The notes under the pieces were generated by a model, which did no database searches, had not been told where the DNA came from, and worked only from the letters and a program-made list of their open reading frames with translations. Made by a program: the position numbers and the translations under genes. DNA of 64,000 nucleotides from a virus (lineage: Duplodnaviria; Caudoviricetes). Below, in pieces: positions 56,059 through 64,000 of the stretch. The stretch is taken from IMG/VR virus record IMGVR_UViG_3300034374_002231, positions 668 through 64,667 of that record. One strand, 5' to 3'. Position 1 is the stretch's first letter, and every line of letters starts with the position of its first letter.

Positions 56059-56104
56059 GCGCTGATACTACCACAAAATATAACACCGACAAAGGAGAAC
56101 AACG

Positions 56105-57934
56105 ATGGACCTGATTACGCTCGATTTCGAGACGTACTACGACAGGGAATACAGCCTGTCGAAGCTGACGACAGAAGAGTACATCCGCGACCCGCGGTTC
56201 CAAGTTATCGGGGTGAGCACCAAGCTGAATGACGATGAACCTGTCTGGGTTACAGGGAAGGCCAGCGAGGTGCTGACACATCTGCACACGTTGCCGTGGG
56301 AGAATGCGATCATGCTCTGTCAGAACACCATGTTCGACGGGGCGATCATGACGTGGCGCTGCGGTATCAAGCCGAAAGTGTTGGCCGACACGATGCTTAT
56401 GTCGCGCGCCATTTATGGCGTGGAAGTATCACATAGCCTCAAGGCTATATCCGAGCGGCTGGGCATCGGGGTCAAAGGCGACGAGGTAATCAACGCGCTG
56501 GGCAAGCGCCGGGCCGACTTCACACCAGAACAGATGGAGCGGTACGGTGAATACTGCCGCACCGATGTTACGCTGACATACATGGCGTTCAAGAAGTTTA
56601 TAGAGGCAGGGTTCCCAAAGAAGGAACTCAAGCTGATAGACACTACATTGCGCATGTTTACTGATCCGGTTCTGGAGTTGGATCGCGCACATCTGGAGAA
56701 GCACCTCGCCGAAGTCACTGCGCGCAAGAGCGCACTGCTGACCGATGCAGGTGTCACCGACAAGAAAGACCTGATGTCGAACCCGAAGTTTGCAGAGATG
56801 CTTCTCTCGTACGGTGTAGAACCGCCCATGAAGGTCAGCCCGACTACTGGCAAAGATACATACGCCTTTGCCAAGGGTGACGAGGAGTTTGTCGCTTTGT
56901 TGGAGCACGACGACGAGAACGTGCAGACACTCATGGCAGCGCGTCTAGGTAACAAGTCCACACTGGAAGAGACCCGCACGCAGCGGTTCATCGACATCGC
57001 CAAACGTGGCCCTCTACCCGTGCCTATCAGATACTACGCGGCACACACCGGACGCTGGGGCGGTTCTGACAAGATCAATCTGCAGAACCTGCCGAGCCGT
57101 GGACCGAACGCGAAGCAGATCAAGAACTCCATTGTGGCCCCGGCAGGGCACAAGCTGATAGACGCCGACTCCGCACAGATCGAAGCCCGGGTGCTGGCGT
57201 GGCTGGCCGAACAAGAAGATGTGGTGCAGACCTTCGCCGAGAATGGTGACGTGTACAAACGCATGGCTGCCAAGATCTTCAACAAGGACGAGGGGGACAT
57301 CGACAAGCAGGAGCGCCAGATCGGCAAGGTTGTGATCCTTGGCGCAGGATATGGTGTTGGTCATAACAAGCTGCAGACGTTTCTCAAGCTGCAAGCCGGG
57401 GTCGAGGTAGACCTCAAGGAAGCCAAGCGGATCATCGACGTGTACCGCAGTTCCAACGATAGGATCAGTGGCCTGTGGCGCGAAGCGGACAACATGCTCC
57501 GCGAAATGTCCAAGGGTAACAGCAAGCAGTTTGGGCGGCCCGGTGTGCTGACAGTGCATGGTGACCGCAGCGCCATACAGCTGCCGAGTGGGCTGGACAT
57601 CAAGTACACGGACCTCAAAGCGACACCGGGTGAGATCGGGTACGACTACACATATCAGACCCGCAGAGGGCCGAACAATATCTATGGCGGGAAGGTCATA
57701 GAGAACGTGACGCAAGCACTGGCACGTTGTATTGTGGGCGAACAGATGTTAAAGATTGCCAAACGGTACCGTGTGGTGCTAACTGTACATGACTCCGTTG
57801 TGGCATGTGTACGCAGCGAAGAAGTAGACGAAGCACAGGCATACATCGAACAGTGTATGCGCTGGACCCCTGACTGGGCAGAGGGCTTGCCGGTAAACTG
57901 TGAGTCCGACGTCAGTCGCAGATACGGAGAATAA
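56105..57934 (+). CDS. Family A DNA polymerase
   Basis: Exonuclease LDFETY; HTGRWGG; motif A DSAQIEARVLAWLA; motif B RQIGKVVILGAGYG; motif C TVHDS. Confidence 0.95.
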   Translation: MDLITLDFETYYDREYSLSKLTTEEYIRDPRFQVIGVSTKLNDDEPVWVTGKASEVLTHLHTLPWENAIMLCQNTMFDGAIMTWRCGIKPKVLADTMLMSRAIYGVEVSHSLKAISERLGIGVKGDEVINALGKRRADFTPEQMERYGEYCRTDVTLTYMAFKKFIEAGFPKKELKLIDTTLRMFTDPVLELDRAHLEKHLAEVTARKSALLTDAGVTDKKDLMSNPKFAEMLLSYGVEPPMKVSPTTGKDTYAFAKGDEEFVALLEHDDENVQTLMAARLGNKSTLEETRTQRFIDIAKRGPLPVPIRYYAAHTGRWGGSDKINLQNLPSRGPNAKQIKNSIVAPAGHKLIDADSAQIEARVLAWLAEQEDVVQTFAENGDVYKRMAAKIFNKDEGDIDKQERQIGKVVILGAGYGVGHNKLQTFLKLQAGVEVDLKEAKRIIDVYRSSNDRISGLWREADNMLREMSKGNSKQFGRPGVLTVHGDRSAIQLPSGLDIKYTDLKATPGEIGYDYTYQTRRGPNNIYGGKVIENVTQALARCIVGEQMLKIAKRYRVVLTVHDSVVACVRSEEVDEAQAYIEQCMRWTPDWAEGLPVNCESDVSRRYGE

Positions 57935-57935
57935 C

Positions 57936-58604
57936 ATGAGCGCAGGTGCGTGGTCGTTCAGTCGCATGAAGGGGTTCGAGACGTGCCCGAAGCAGTATTA
58001 TCACGTCAACGTGTTGAAGGAGTTTCCCTTCAAAGAGACTGATGCCACGCGCTATGGTACCGAGTTCCACAAGGCGGCCGAGGACTACATTCGGGACGAC
58101 ACCCCTGTGCCGGAACGGTTCTCGTTTGCCATGCCGACGCTGGAGGCCCTCAAGGCCAAGCCGGGCGAAAAGCACTGCGAACTCAAGATGGGTCTGACCG
58201 AAGACCTGCAGCCCTGCGGGTTCTATGACAAGAACGTGTGGTTCCGCGGCATCGTAGACCTCGCCATCATCAACGGCGAGAAAGCGTTTATCGTGGACTA
58301 CAAGACGGGCAAGTCTGCAAAGTACGCGGACACTGGGCAGCTGCAACTGATGGCCCTGTCTCTGTTTGCGCACTTCCCCGAAGTTAAACGGGCCAAGGGC
58401 GGGCTTTTGTTTGTCATCGCGGATAAGTTTGTGGGCGCGGACTTCAATGCGTCAGATCACAACGTGCTGTGGTCTCCGTGGATCAAGAAGTACGCCCAAC
58501 TGCAGAAGGCCCACGAGACAAACGTGTGGAATCCGGTACCGAGTGGGCTATGCCGAAAGCATTGTCCCGTGGTAGAATGTCCGCATAACGGACAGCACAG
58601 GTGA
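57936..58604 (+). CDS. Cas4-like PD-(D/E)xK exonuclease
   Basis: WSFSR..FETCPKQY, GTEFH, GIVD, VDYKTGK, QLQLMAL, C-terminal CRKHC..C. Confidence 0.88.
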   Translation: MSAGAWSFSRMKGFETCPKQYYHVNVLKEFPFKETDATRYGTEFHKAAEDYIRDDTPVPERFSFAMPTLEALKAKPGEKHCELKMGLTEDLQPCGFYDKNVWFRGIVDLAIINGEKAFIVDYKTGKSAKYADTGQLQLMALSLFAHFPEVKRAKGGLLFVIADKFVGADFNASDHNVLWSPWIKKYAQLQKAHETNVWNPVPSGLCRKHCPVVECPHNGQHR

Positions 58605-58607
58605 CGC

Positions 58608-58877
58608 ATGCCGTACGTCAACAAACCACGCCCCTACGCGAAAGAGTGGCAGCAAGAGAAGGCCCGCAACGAGAAGCCAGCCCGTGCAGAGCGGGCCAAG
58701 GCACGGCGGGCCTTCGACAAAAAACACGGTAAGAAAGCCCGAGAAGGGCTGGACCTCAGCCATCGCAAGGACTTGTCCCGTGGTGGTGATAATTCGGACG
58801 GTGTACGTCTGGAAAGCCCGAGCGCTAACCGCGCCCGTGGCGGTGCCTTGAGCAAGCCCCCAAAGAAAAAGGCCTAG
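58608..58877 (+). CDS. Small basic HNH-like protein
   Basis: GLDLSHRKDLSRGGDN...SPSANRAR. Confidence 0.6.
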   Translation: MPYVNKPRPYAKEWQQEKARNEKPARAERAKARRAFDKKHGKKAREGLDLSHRKDLSRGGDNSDGVRLESPSANRARGGALSKPPKKKA

Positions 58878-58905
58878 TTATACGGGCCGTATAACGGAGA
58901 ACCAC

Positions 58906-60441
58906 ATGAAGATCGTTGACAACCGCGCACTGCAGCTGCAGCTGCGCAACCCTACAAGAGTCACTACTGTCATCCCAAAGAGCAAACAGATCGGCCCGCA
59001 CGAGGTGTTGGTGCACTGGGGGGTAGAAGAAACACAGACGCTGCGGGAGTTGAACATCAAGGCCCCGTCGCCGATTTCGTCGCGTTACGACTGGCCCGGT
59101 CAGTACCCGCCGATGTCTCATCAGAAGGCCACCGCGGACTTCCTTACCATGCACCGCAAGGCCTTTTGTTTCAACGAACAGGGTACAGGTAAGACTGCCA
59201 GTGCAATCTGGGCTGCGGACTTCCTTATGAAACAGAAGAAGGTACGCCGCGCGCTGGTCGTGTGTCCTATCTCCATCATGGACTCGGCTTGGCGCGCGGA
59301 CCTGTTCAAGGTCGCTATGCACCGCACGGTAGACATCGCGCATGGCAGCGCGGACAAACGTAAGAAGATAATAAACGGCGGTTCTGAGTTCGTTATTATC
59401 AACTACGACGGCATCGGTATCGTCGAAGAGGAGATACGCAACGGTGGGTTCGATCTCATCATTGTGGACGAAGCCTCACACTACAAGAACTCGCAGAGCA
59501 AGCGGTGGAAGACCATGCACCGTCTGCTGCGTCCTGACACGTGGCTATGGCTCATGACGGGTACACCGGCAGCGCAGTCGCCGACCGACGCCTTCGGCCT
59601 TGCCAAGCTGGTAAGCCCGCACAACGTGCCGAAGTTCTACGGCGCGTTCCGAGATATGGTACAACGCAAGGTCACGCAGTTCCGCTGGGAGAACAAACCC
59701 AACGCGGTGGAAACGGTGCACCGGGTGCTGCAGCCCGCCATTCGGTTCTCCAAGGACGACTGTCTCGACCTACCAGATATGCTGTACACAAGCCGCCACG
59801 TCCCCATGACGAGGCAGCAGGAGGTGTACTACAAGAAACTGAAAAAAGATTTCATGATGGAAGCGGCTGGGGCTGAAGTCACGGCTGTTAACGCCGCCGT
59901 GAAAATGAACAAGCTGCTGCAGATCAGTGCAGGTGCGGTCTACACCGATGACGGTGACACACTAGAGTTCGACATCTCAGAGCGATACAAAGTGCTGCGT
60001 GAGGTCATCGACGAGACGACCAAGAAGGTGCTGGTGTTCGTGCCGTTCAAGAGCACAATCCGCATGTTGTCGGAGGCCCTGCAAGCTGACGGTATCACCA
60101 CCGAAACTATTTCGGGCGATGTGAGTGCTGGAGCACGGACCGACATCTTCAAGCGGTTCCAGACTACACCAGACCCACGCGTGCTAGTCATTCAGCCGCA
60201 AGCAGCCGCACATGGTGTCACGTTGACCGCAGCCAATACCGTTGTGTGGTGGGCACCCACAGCCTCACTGGAGACGTACGCGCAGGCCAACGCCCGCATC
60301 CATCGTTCCGGCCAGACGTCTAAGTGTACTGTAGTGCATCTGGAAAGCGCCCCTGTGGAACGCCGCCTGTACAGCATGCTGGAACAGCGCATTGACGTAC
60401 ATGCGCAAATCCTCAATTTGTACAAAGAATTGCTTGACTAG
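58906..60441 (+). CDS. SNF2-family helicase
   Basis: EQGTGKT, IVDEASH, MTGTP, HGVTLTAA, QANARIHRSGQ. Confidence 0.92.
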   Translation: MKIVDNRALQLQLRNPTRVTTVIPKSKQIGPHEVLVHWGVEETQTLRELNIKAPSPISSRYDWPGQYPPMSHQKATADFLTMHRKAFCFNEQGTGKTASAIWAADFLMKQKKVRRALVVCPISIMDSAWRADLFKVAMHRTVDIAHGSADKRKKIINGGSEFVIINYDGIGIVEEEIRNGGFDLIIVDEASHYKNSQSKRWKTMHRLLRPDTWLWLMTGTPAAQSPTDAFGLAKLVSPHNVPKFYGAFRDMVQRKVTQFRWENKPNAVETVHRVLQPAIRFSKDDCLDLPDMLYTSRHVPMTRQQEVYYKKLKKDFMMEAAGAEVTAVNAAVKMNKLLQISAGAVYTDDGDTLEFDISERYKVLREVIDETTKKVLVFVPFKSTIRMLSEALQADGITTETISGDVSAGARTDIFKRFQTTPDPRVLVIQPQAAAHGVTLTAANTVVWWAPTASLETYAQANARIHRSGQTSKCTVVHLESAPVERRLYSMLEQRIDVHAQILNLYKELLD

Positions 60442-60489
60442 GGTACCGTTTGGTACTAATTGTCACGTATAGACAACCCGGAGACAACA

Positions 60490-60894
60490 ATGACTGATGC
60501 TACGACAGCACCGTCGGTAGATGACCTGACGCGTACATACGTTAAAATTCGCACCCGGCTGCAGGAAAAAGCAGCTGCGTTCAAAGAAGAAGAGGCAAAG
60601 CTGAAATCGCAGCTTGACCTCATCAAGCGCGCTCTGCTTGATTACTGTTCTGAACACGGTGTCGAAAGTGCCCGCACTGCGTACGGTACGTTCTACCGGA
60701 CTACAAAAACCCGCTACTGGACTAGCGACTGGGAGGCCATGCACAAGTTCGTGCTGCAGCAAGAGGTGCCTGACTTTTTGGAGAAGCGCCTTAACCAGTC
60801 AGTGGTCAAGCAGTTTCTGGAGGAAAACCCTGAACAGGTGCCTCCCGGGTTGAACACCGACGTGGAGTACGTCGTAACTGTGAGGAAGACCTGA
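60490..60894 (+). CDS. Conserved replication-module protein
   Basis: YVKIR, coiled coil, GTFYR, DW, LEKRL, PPGLN; RBS GGAG. Confidence 0.7.
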   Translation: MTDATTAPSVDDLTRTYVKIRTRLQEKAAAFKEEEAKLKSQLDLIKRALLDYCSEHGVESARTAYGTFYRTTKTRYWTSDWEAMHKFVLQQEVPDFLEKRLNQSVVKQFLEENPEQVPPGLNTDVEYVVTVRKT

Positions 60895-61091
60895 TGGCCA
60901 GCACGTATGTCCCCATCAAAGACGTCGCGGACTATTTCAACGTGTCCGTCTCTACAATTCGGAACTGGATTCGCAGCGGAACCATTCCAGAAGATACCTA
61001 CATCAAGGCCGGAGAGACTTACCGTTTCAGCCTTGATCGGGTAGAAAACGCGCTACTGCGCAGCAACGAGTCGAAGGAGAACGACAAATGA
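60894..61091 (+). CDS. Excisionase/MerR-like HTH DNA-binding protein
   Basis: IKDVADYFNVSVSTIRNWIRSG..YRF. Confidence 0.8.
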   Translation: MASTYVPIKDVADYFNVSVSTIRNWIRSGTIPEDTYIKAGETYRFSLDRVENALLRSNESKENDK

Positions 61092-61996
61092 CAATGGACC
61101 TTTCTGCGTTCGAGGGGAACGCACTGGTATCGTCCGACGCTTTCAAGCGGATGATGGAACTGAACAAGGCGCTGTCTGGCGGCGGCGGTGCTACAAGCCG
61201 TCGTATCAGCATCAGGGGCGGTCGCTTCCGTGAGATGGTCAACGGTGAACAAGTGAACGTCAACAGTTCCGGATCGCTTAACGTGGTCGTGCTGGGTACG
61301 TCGAAGATCGGCCGCACCTATTTCGAGGGTACCTATGACCCCGAGAACCCGTCGGGGCCAACATGCTGGTCTGCGGATAGTGAAACCCCTGCAGCGGATG
61401 TTCCGGCCGAGAAGCGCAAAGCCGCCGCGTGCCGTAATTGCCCGATGAACATTAAGGGTTCGGGTCAAGGAAACGGCCGCGCGTGCCGCTTCAACCAGCG
61501 TCTGGCTGTCGCCATAGAGGGACAGTACGACAAGGTGTACCAGCTGCAGCTTCCCGCCACATCGCTGTTCGGTGATGCCAAAGACAACAAGTACGGCATG
61601 CAAGCCTACGCACGGTTCATGGATGCACGTGGCTTCCCGGTCAGCGCCGTGGTCACCACTGCGTATTTCGACGAGAACAGCGAGACACCGAAGCTGTTCT
61701 TCAAGGCTGCGCGGCCCCTGAACGATCAAGAGTTGGTGCAGGTCGAGGCACTGATGAACGATCCGGACGTGAAGAAGGCAACCACGCTGACCGTGTATCA
61801 GCGCGACGAAGGTGAAGACCGCGCTGGCTCCAAGCCGTATAACCCGAAGTCGCAAGGGTTTGAAGTTGACGACACGCCTGCACCGAAGGCCGCAGAAGAG
61901 CCGGTCGCAGAACCTGCCAAGCGCGAAAGCAAACCCGCGCCGATGGCGGAACCCCAACAGCTGAATAACCTCGTGCAGGCGTGGGACGACGAGTAA
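61088..61996 (+). CDS. Probable ssDNA-binding protein
   Basis: RISIRGGRF, PTCWS, CxxCP, ACRF, acidic aromatic tail AWDDE; located before the primase. Confidence 0.65.
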   Translation: MTMDLSAFEGNALVSSDAFKRMMELNKALSGGGGATSRRISIRGGRFREMVNGEQVNVNSSGSLNVVVLGTSKIGRTYFEGTYDPENPSGPTCWSADSETPAADVPAEKRKAAACRNCPMNIKGSGQGNGRACRFNQRLAVAIEGQYDKVYQLQLPATSLFGDAKDNKYGMQAYARFMDARGFPVSAVVTTAYFDENSETPKLFFKAARPLNDQELVQVEALMNDPDVKKATTLTVYQRDEGEDRAGSKPYNPKSQGFEVDDTPAPKAAEEPVAEPAKRESKPAPMAEPQQLNNLVQAWDDE

Positions 61997-62047
61997 TATA
62001 GTGGTGGGGCGTTCGCGCCCCGCCCTCACACGAGCGGGGGTAATCGC

Positions 62048-64000
62048 ATGGACACGAATACGTTTCTGTCCAGCACGTTGGCAAGTGATGGGTACTATTG
62101 TCTGTGGGTATTTAATCGGGCTAACGAGCGGAAGATACAGAAGTTCTACGACACAATAGAGCAGCTGGAAGCTGCCGCACTGGACTATGACCGCAAGGGA
62201 TGGGATGCGTACTTCGCCCTTGCAACATTCAAGAATAACCAGAACCGCACGTCAGCCAACGCACACAAGCTGCGGTGTTTCTTTTTAGATTTGGATTGCG
62301 GTCCTGAGAAAGACTACCCGGATCAGGTGACTGCGGTGCAATCATTGCAGAATTTCTGCATGCGGATGGCCTTGCCGAAACCAATGCTGGTCAATAGCGG
62401 ACGAGGTATCCACGTCTATTGGATTATGGATCGCGACCTGACACGCGACGAATGGCAGCCAGTAGCGGACCAACTCAAGGCATCGTGCCTTCAGCACAAT
62501 TTCCCGATGGACTCATCGGTGCCCGCAGACGCGGCACGCATCCTGCGTATACCGGGAACCCACAACCACAAAGACAGCCCGCCATCACCAGTTACTGCGT
62601 TATCCCAAGCAGGGGCAAAGCGCGTGTCGTTCGAAGCGTTTGCGTCAAAGTTTGACGGGGTCGTGGTCAAGAAGCCTCGGTTCACGCCGAAGGTCATGGA
62701 TGCTGTGACGCAGCAGCTTATGGGCAACAAGACCAATAACTTCAAGAAACTGCTTACCCGGTCCGACCCATGTGCGCAGATCCTGCACGCTGCGCTGAAC
62801 CAGCGTAGTATAGATGAACCGCTGTGGCGCGCCGCGCTGTCTATCGCTGTGCACTGCGAAGATGCCGACAAGGCAATTCACGCCGTATCCAAAGAGCACC
62901 CGGAATACGATCCGCGCCTGACCGAAGAAAAGGCCAGTCGGATCAAAGGTCCATACCTGTGCAGTCGGTTCGAAGAATATAACCCCGGGGGCTGCGACGG
63001 GTGCCCGCACAAGGACAAGATCAAGTCGCCCATCGTTCTAGGTAGCGAGTTGCGCGCCGCCGAAACCGAAGAAGAGCGCACAGTGGAAGTGCCTGCGGAC
63101 GTACAGTTTGACAGCACGCTGCGCACCCAGAAGGTGGTCGTACCGAAACCCCCAGCGCCGTACATACGAGGCGTCAACGGAGGTGTCTACAAGCAGACCA
63201 AGGACGACGACGGTGATCCAGTTGACGTCTTAATCTACCACCACGATCTGTATGTGACGCGTCGTGTTTATGATGAGACGTTTGGTGACGGGGTTCTTGT
63301 CCGTCTGCATCTGCCCCAAGACGGTATGCGTGAGTTCCTCGTGTTGCAGAGTGCCGTGAACTCCCCAGACAAGCTGAAAGAGGCGCTGAGTTCGCGTGGT
63401 GTAACTGCCAAGACCAAGAAGCAGTGGGATAACATAGGATATTACATCATGGACTACGTAGATCACCTGCAGGCCAAGGAACCTGCTGACAAAGCTCACC
63501 GTCAGATGGGCTGGACCGAAAACATGGGGTCGTTTGTCCTCGGAGAGAAGGAATACTTCCCCGGTAACGTACGGCACAGCCCGCCCACAGAGCCGACACA
63601 GACTATCGTGAAGTACATGAAGCCCAAGGGTACGCTGGAGAAGTGGAAGGAACTCATGCAGTTCTACAACCACGAAGGTATGGAACTGCACCAGCTTATA
63701 ATCTGCAGCGCTTTCGGCGCGCCCCTGATGGAATTTACGGCTATTCCTGCGATGCTCATGCACCTCGACGGTCCGACCGGGTTCGGCAAGTCAACGACAC
63801 AGGCAGCCGCCGCGAGTGTGTATGGCAAGCCCGACGGCATCATGATTAAACACGATGACACGAACGCATCGACGTTCAACAGGTTCGAGATGATGAAGAA
63901 CCTGCCCATCTATCTGGACGAGTTGACGAACTGTGCGCCGTCCGAGGCCAGTGCAATCGCGTACAGTCTGTCTGCAGGGCAGCAGCGCATGCGTATGTCA
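62048..64000 (+). CDS. AEP primase fused to a DUF927-type helicase (3'-truncated)
   Basis: Translated by hand: FFLDLDCG, VNSGRGIHVYW, ARILRIPGTHN, Cys cluster, Walker A GPTGFGKST, Walker B IYLDELTN; no stop before the window end. Confidence 0.88.
   Translation, partial: MDTNTFLSSTLASDGYYCLWVFNRANERKIQKFYDTIEQLEAAALDYDRKGWDAYFALATFKNNQNRTSANAHKLRCFFLDLDCGPEKDYPDQVTAVQSLQNFCMRMALPKPMLVNSGRGIHVYWIMDRDLTRDEWQPVADQLKASCLQHNFPMDSSVPADAARILRIPGTHNHKDSPPSPVTALSQAGAKRVSFEAFASKFDGVVVKKPRFTPKVMDAVTQQLMGNKTNNFKKLLTRSDPCAQILHAALNQRSIDEPLWRAALSIAVHCEDADKAIHAVSKEHPEYDPRLTEEKASRIKGPYLCSRFEEYNPGGCDGCPHKDKIKSPIVLGSELRAAETEEERTVEVPADVQFDSTLRTQKVVVPKPPAPYIRGVNGGVYKQTKDDDGDPVDVLIYHHDLYVTRRVYDETFGDGVLVRLHLPQDGMREFLVLQSAVNSPDKLKEALSSRGVTAKTKKQWDNIGYYIMDYVDHLQAKEPADKAHRQMGWTENMGSFVLGEKEYFPGNVRHSPPTEPTQTIVKYMKPKGTLEKWKELMQFYNHEGMELHQLIICSAFGAPLMEFTAIPAMLMHLDGPTGFGKSTTQAAAASVYGKPDGIMIKHDDTNASTFNRFEMMKNLPIYLDELTNCAPSEASAIAYSLSAGQQRMRMS

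Larger units (their letters stand above)
40959..58895. promoter_or_regulatory. Dispersed 19-bp palindromic box GTTATACG-N3-CGTATAAC, 16 copies
   Basis: Copies start at 40959, 41901, 42026, 42096, 42368, 42849, 43060, 43309, 43757, 44245, 44875, 45830, 47403, 48667, 50837, 58877; four carry one mismatch; essentially all intergenic, many just before an RBS. Confidence 0.85.

Noticed and set aside
40959-58895. Boxes as loxP or dif sites
   Set aside because: They share TATACG/GTTAT words with loxP but have 8-bp arms and a 3-bp spacer rather than 13+8+13; no tyrosine recombinase is visible
60894-61091. Excisionase as evidence of a temperate lifestyle
   Set aside because: No integrase, att site or repressor pair seen; such HTH genes are common in replication modules
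63230-63233. Apparent TAA interrupting the primase-helicase
   Set aside because: Out of frame; the reading frame reads GTC TTA ATC (V-L-I) and stays open

Overview
The window is almost the whole genome of a tailed dsDNA phage of podovirus type (short tail, large ejection proteins). The host is probably an alphaproteobacterium (inferred from a GcrA-like gene and high GC). The minus-strand arm (614-40700) encodes the terminases, portal, GroES, scaffold, major capsid, small basic proteins, adaptors, tail fibres, nozzle, lysis cassette and ejection proteins. The plus-strand arm (41100-64000, continuing into 1-532) encodes early genes (DksA-type zinc finger, DUF3150-like, AAA ATPase, metallopeptidase-VWA, GcrA-like) and replication genes (PolA, Cas4-like nuclease, SNF2 helicase, SSB, primase-helicase). 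The primase-helicase runs off the right end and an apparent C-terminus opens the window, so the sequence looks circularly permuted. I saw no integrase, RNA polymerase, tRNA or CRISPR array. Most unusual: (1) 16 copies of a 19-bp palindrome GTTATACG-N3-CGTATAAC, where the upstream flank often co-varies with the spacer to allow a second, mutually exclusive hairpin; (2) a tandem array of small genes built from three conserved DNA blocks with swapped variable segments (53265-55540); (3) two prion-like low-complexity genes between terminase and portal; (4) Lys-rich putative core proteins sharing x-x-x-G-G motifs with ejection proteins, one starting with the capsid's own N-terminus. All family assignments come from motif recognition by eye, not database searches.
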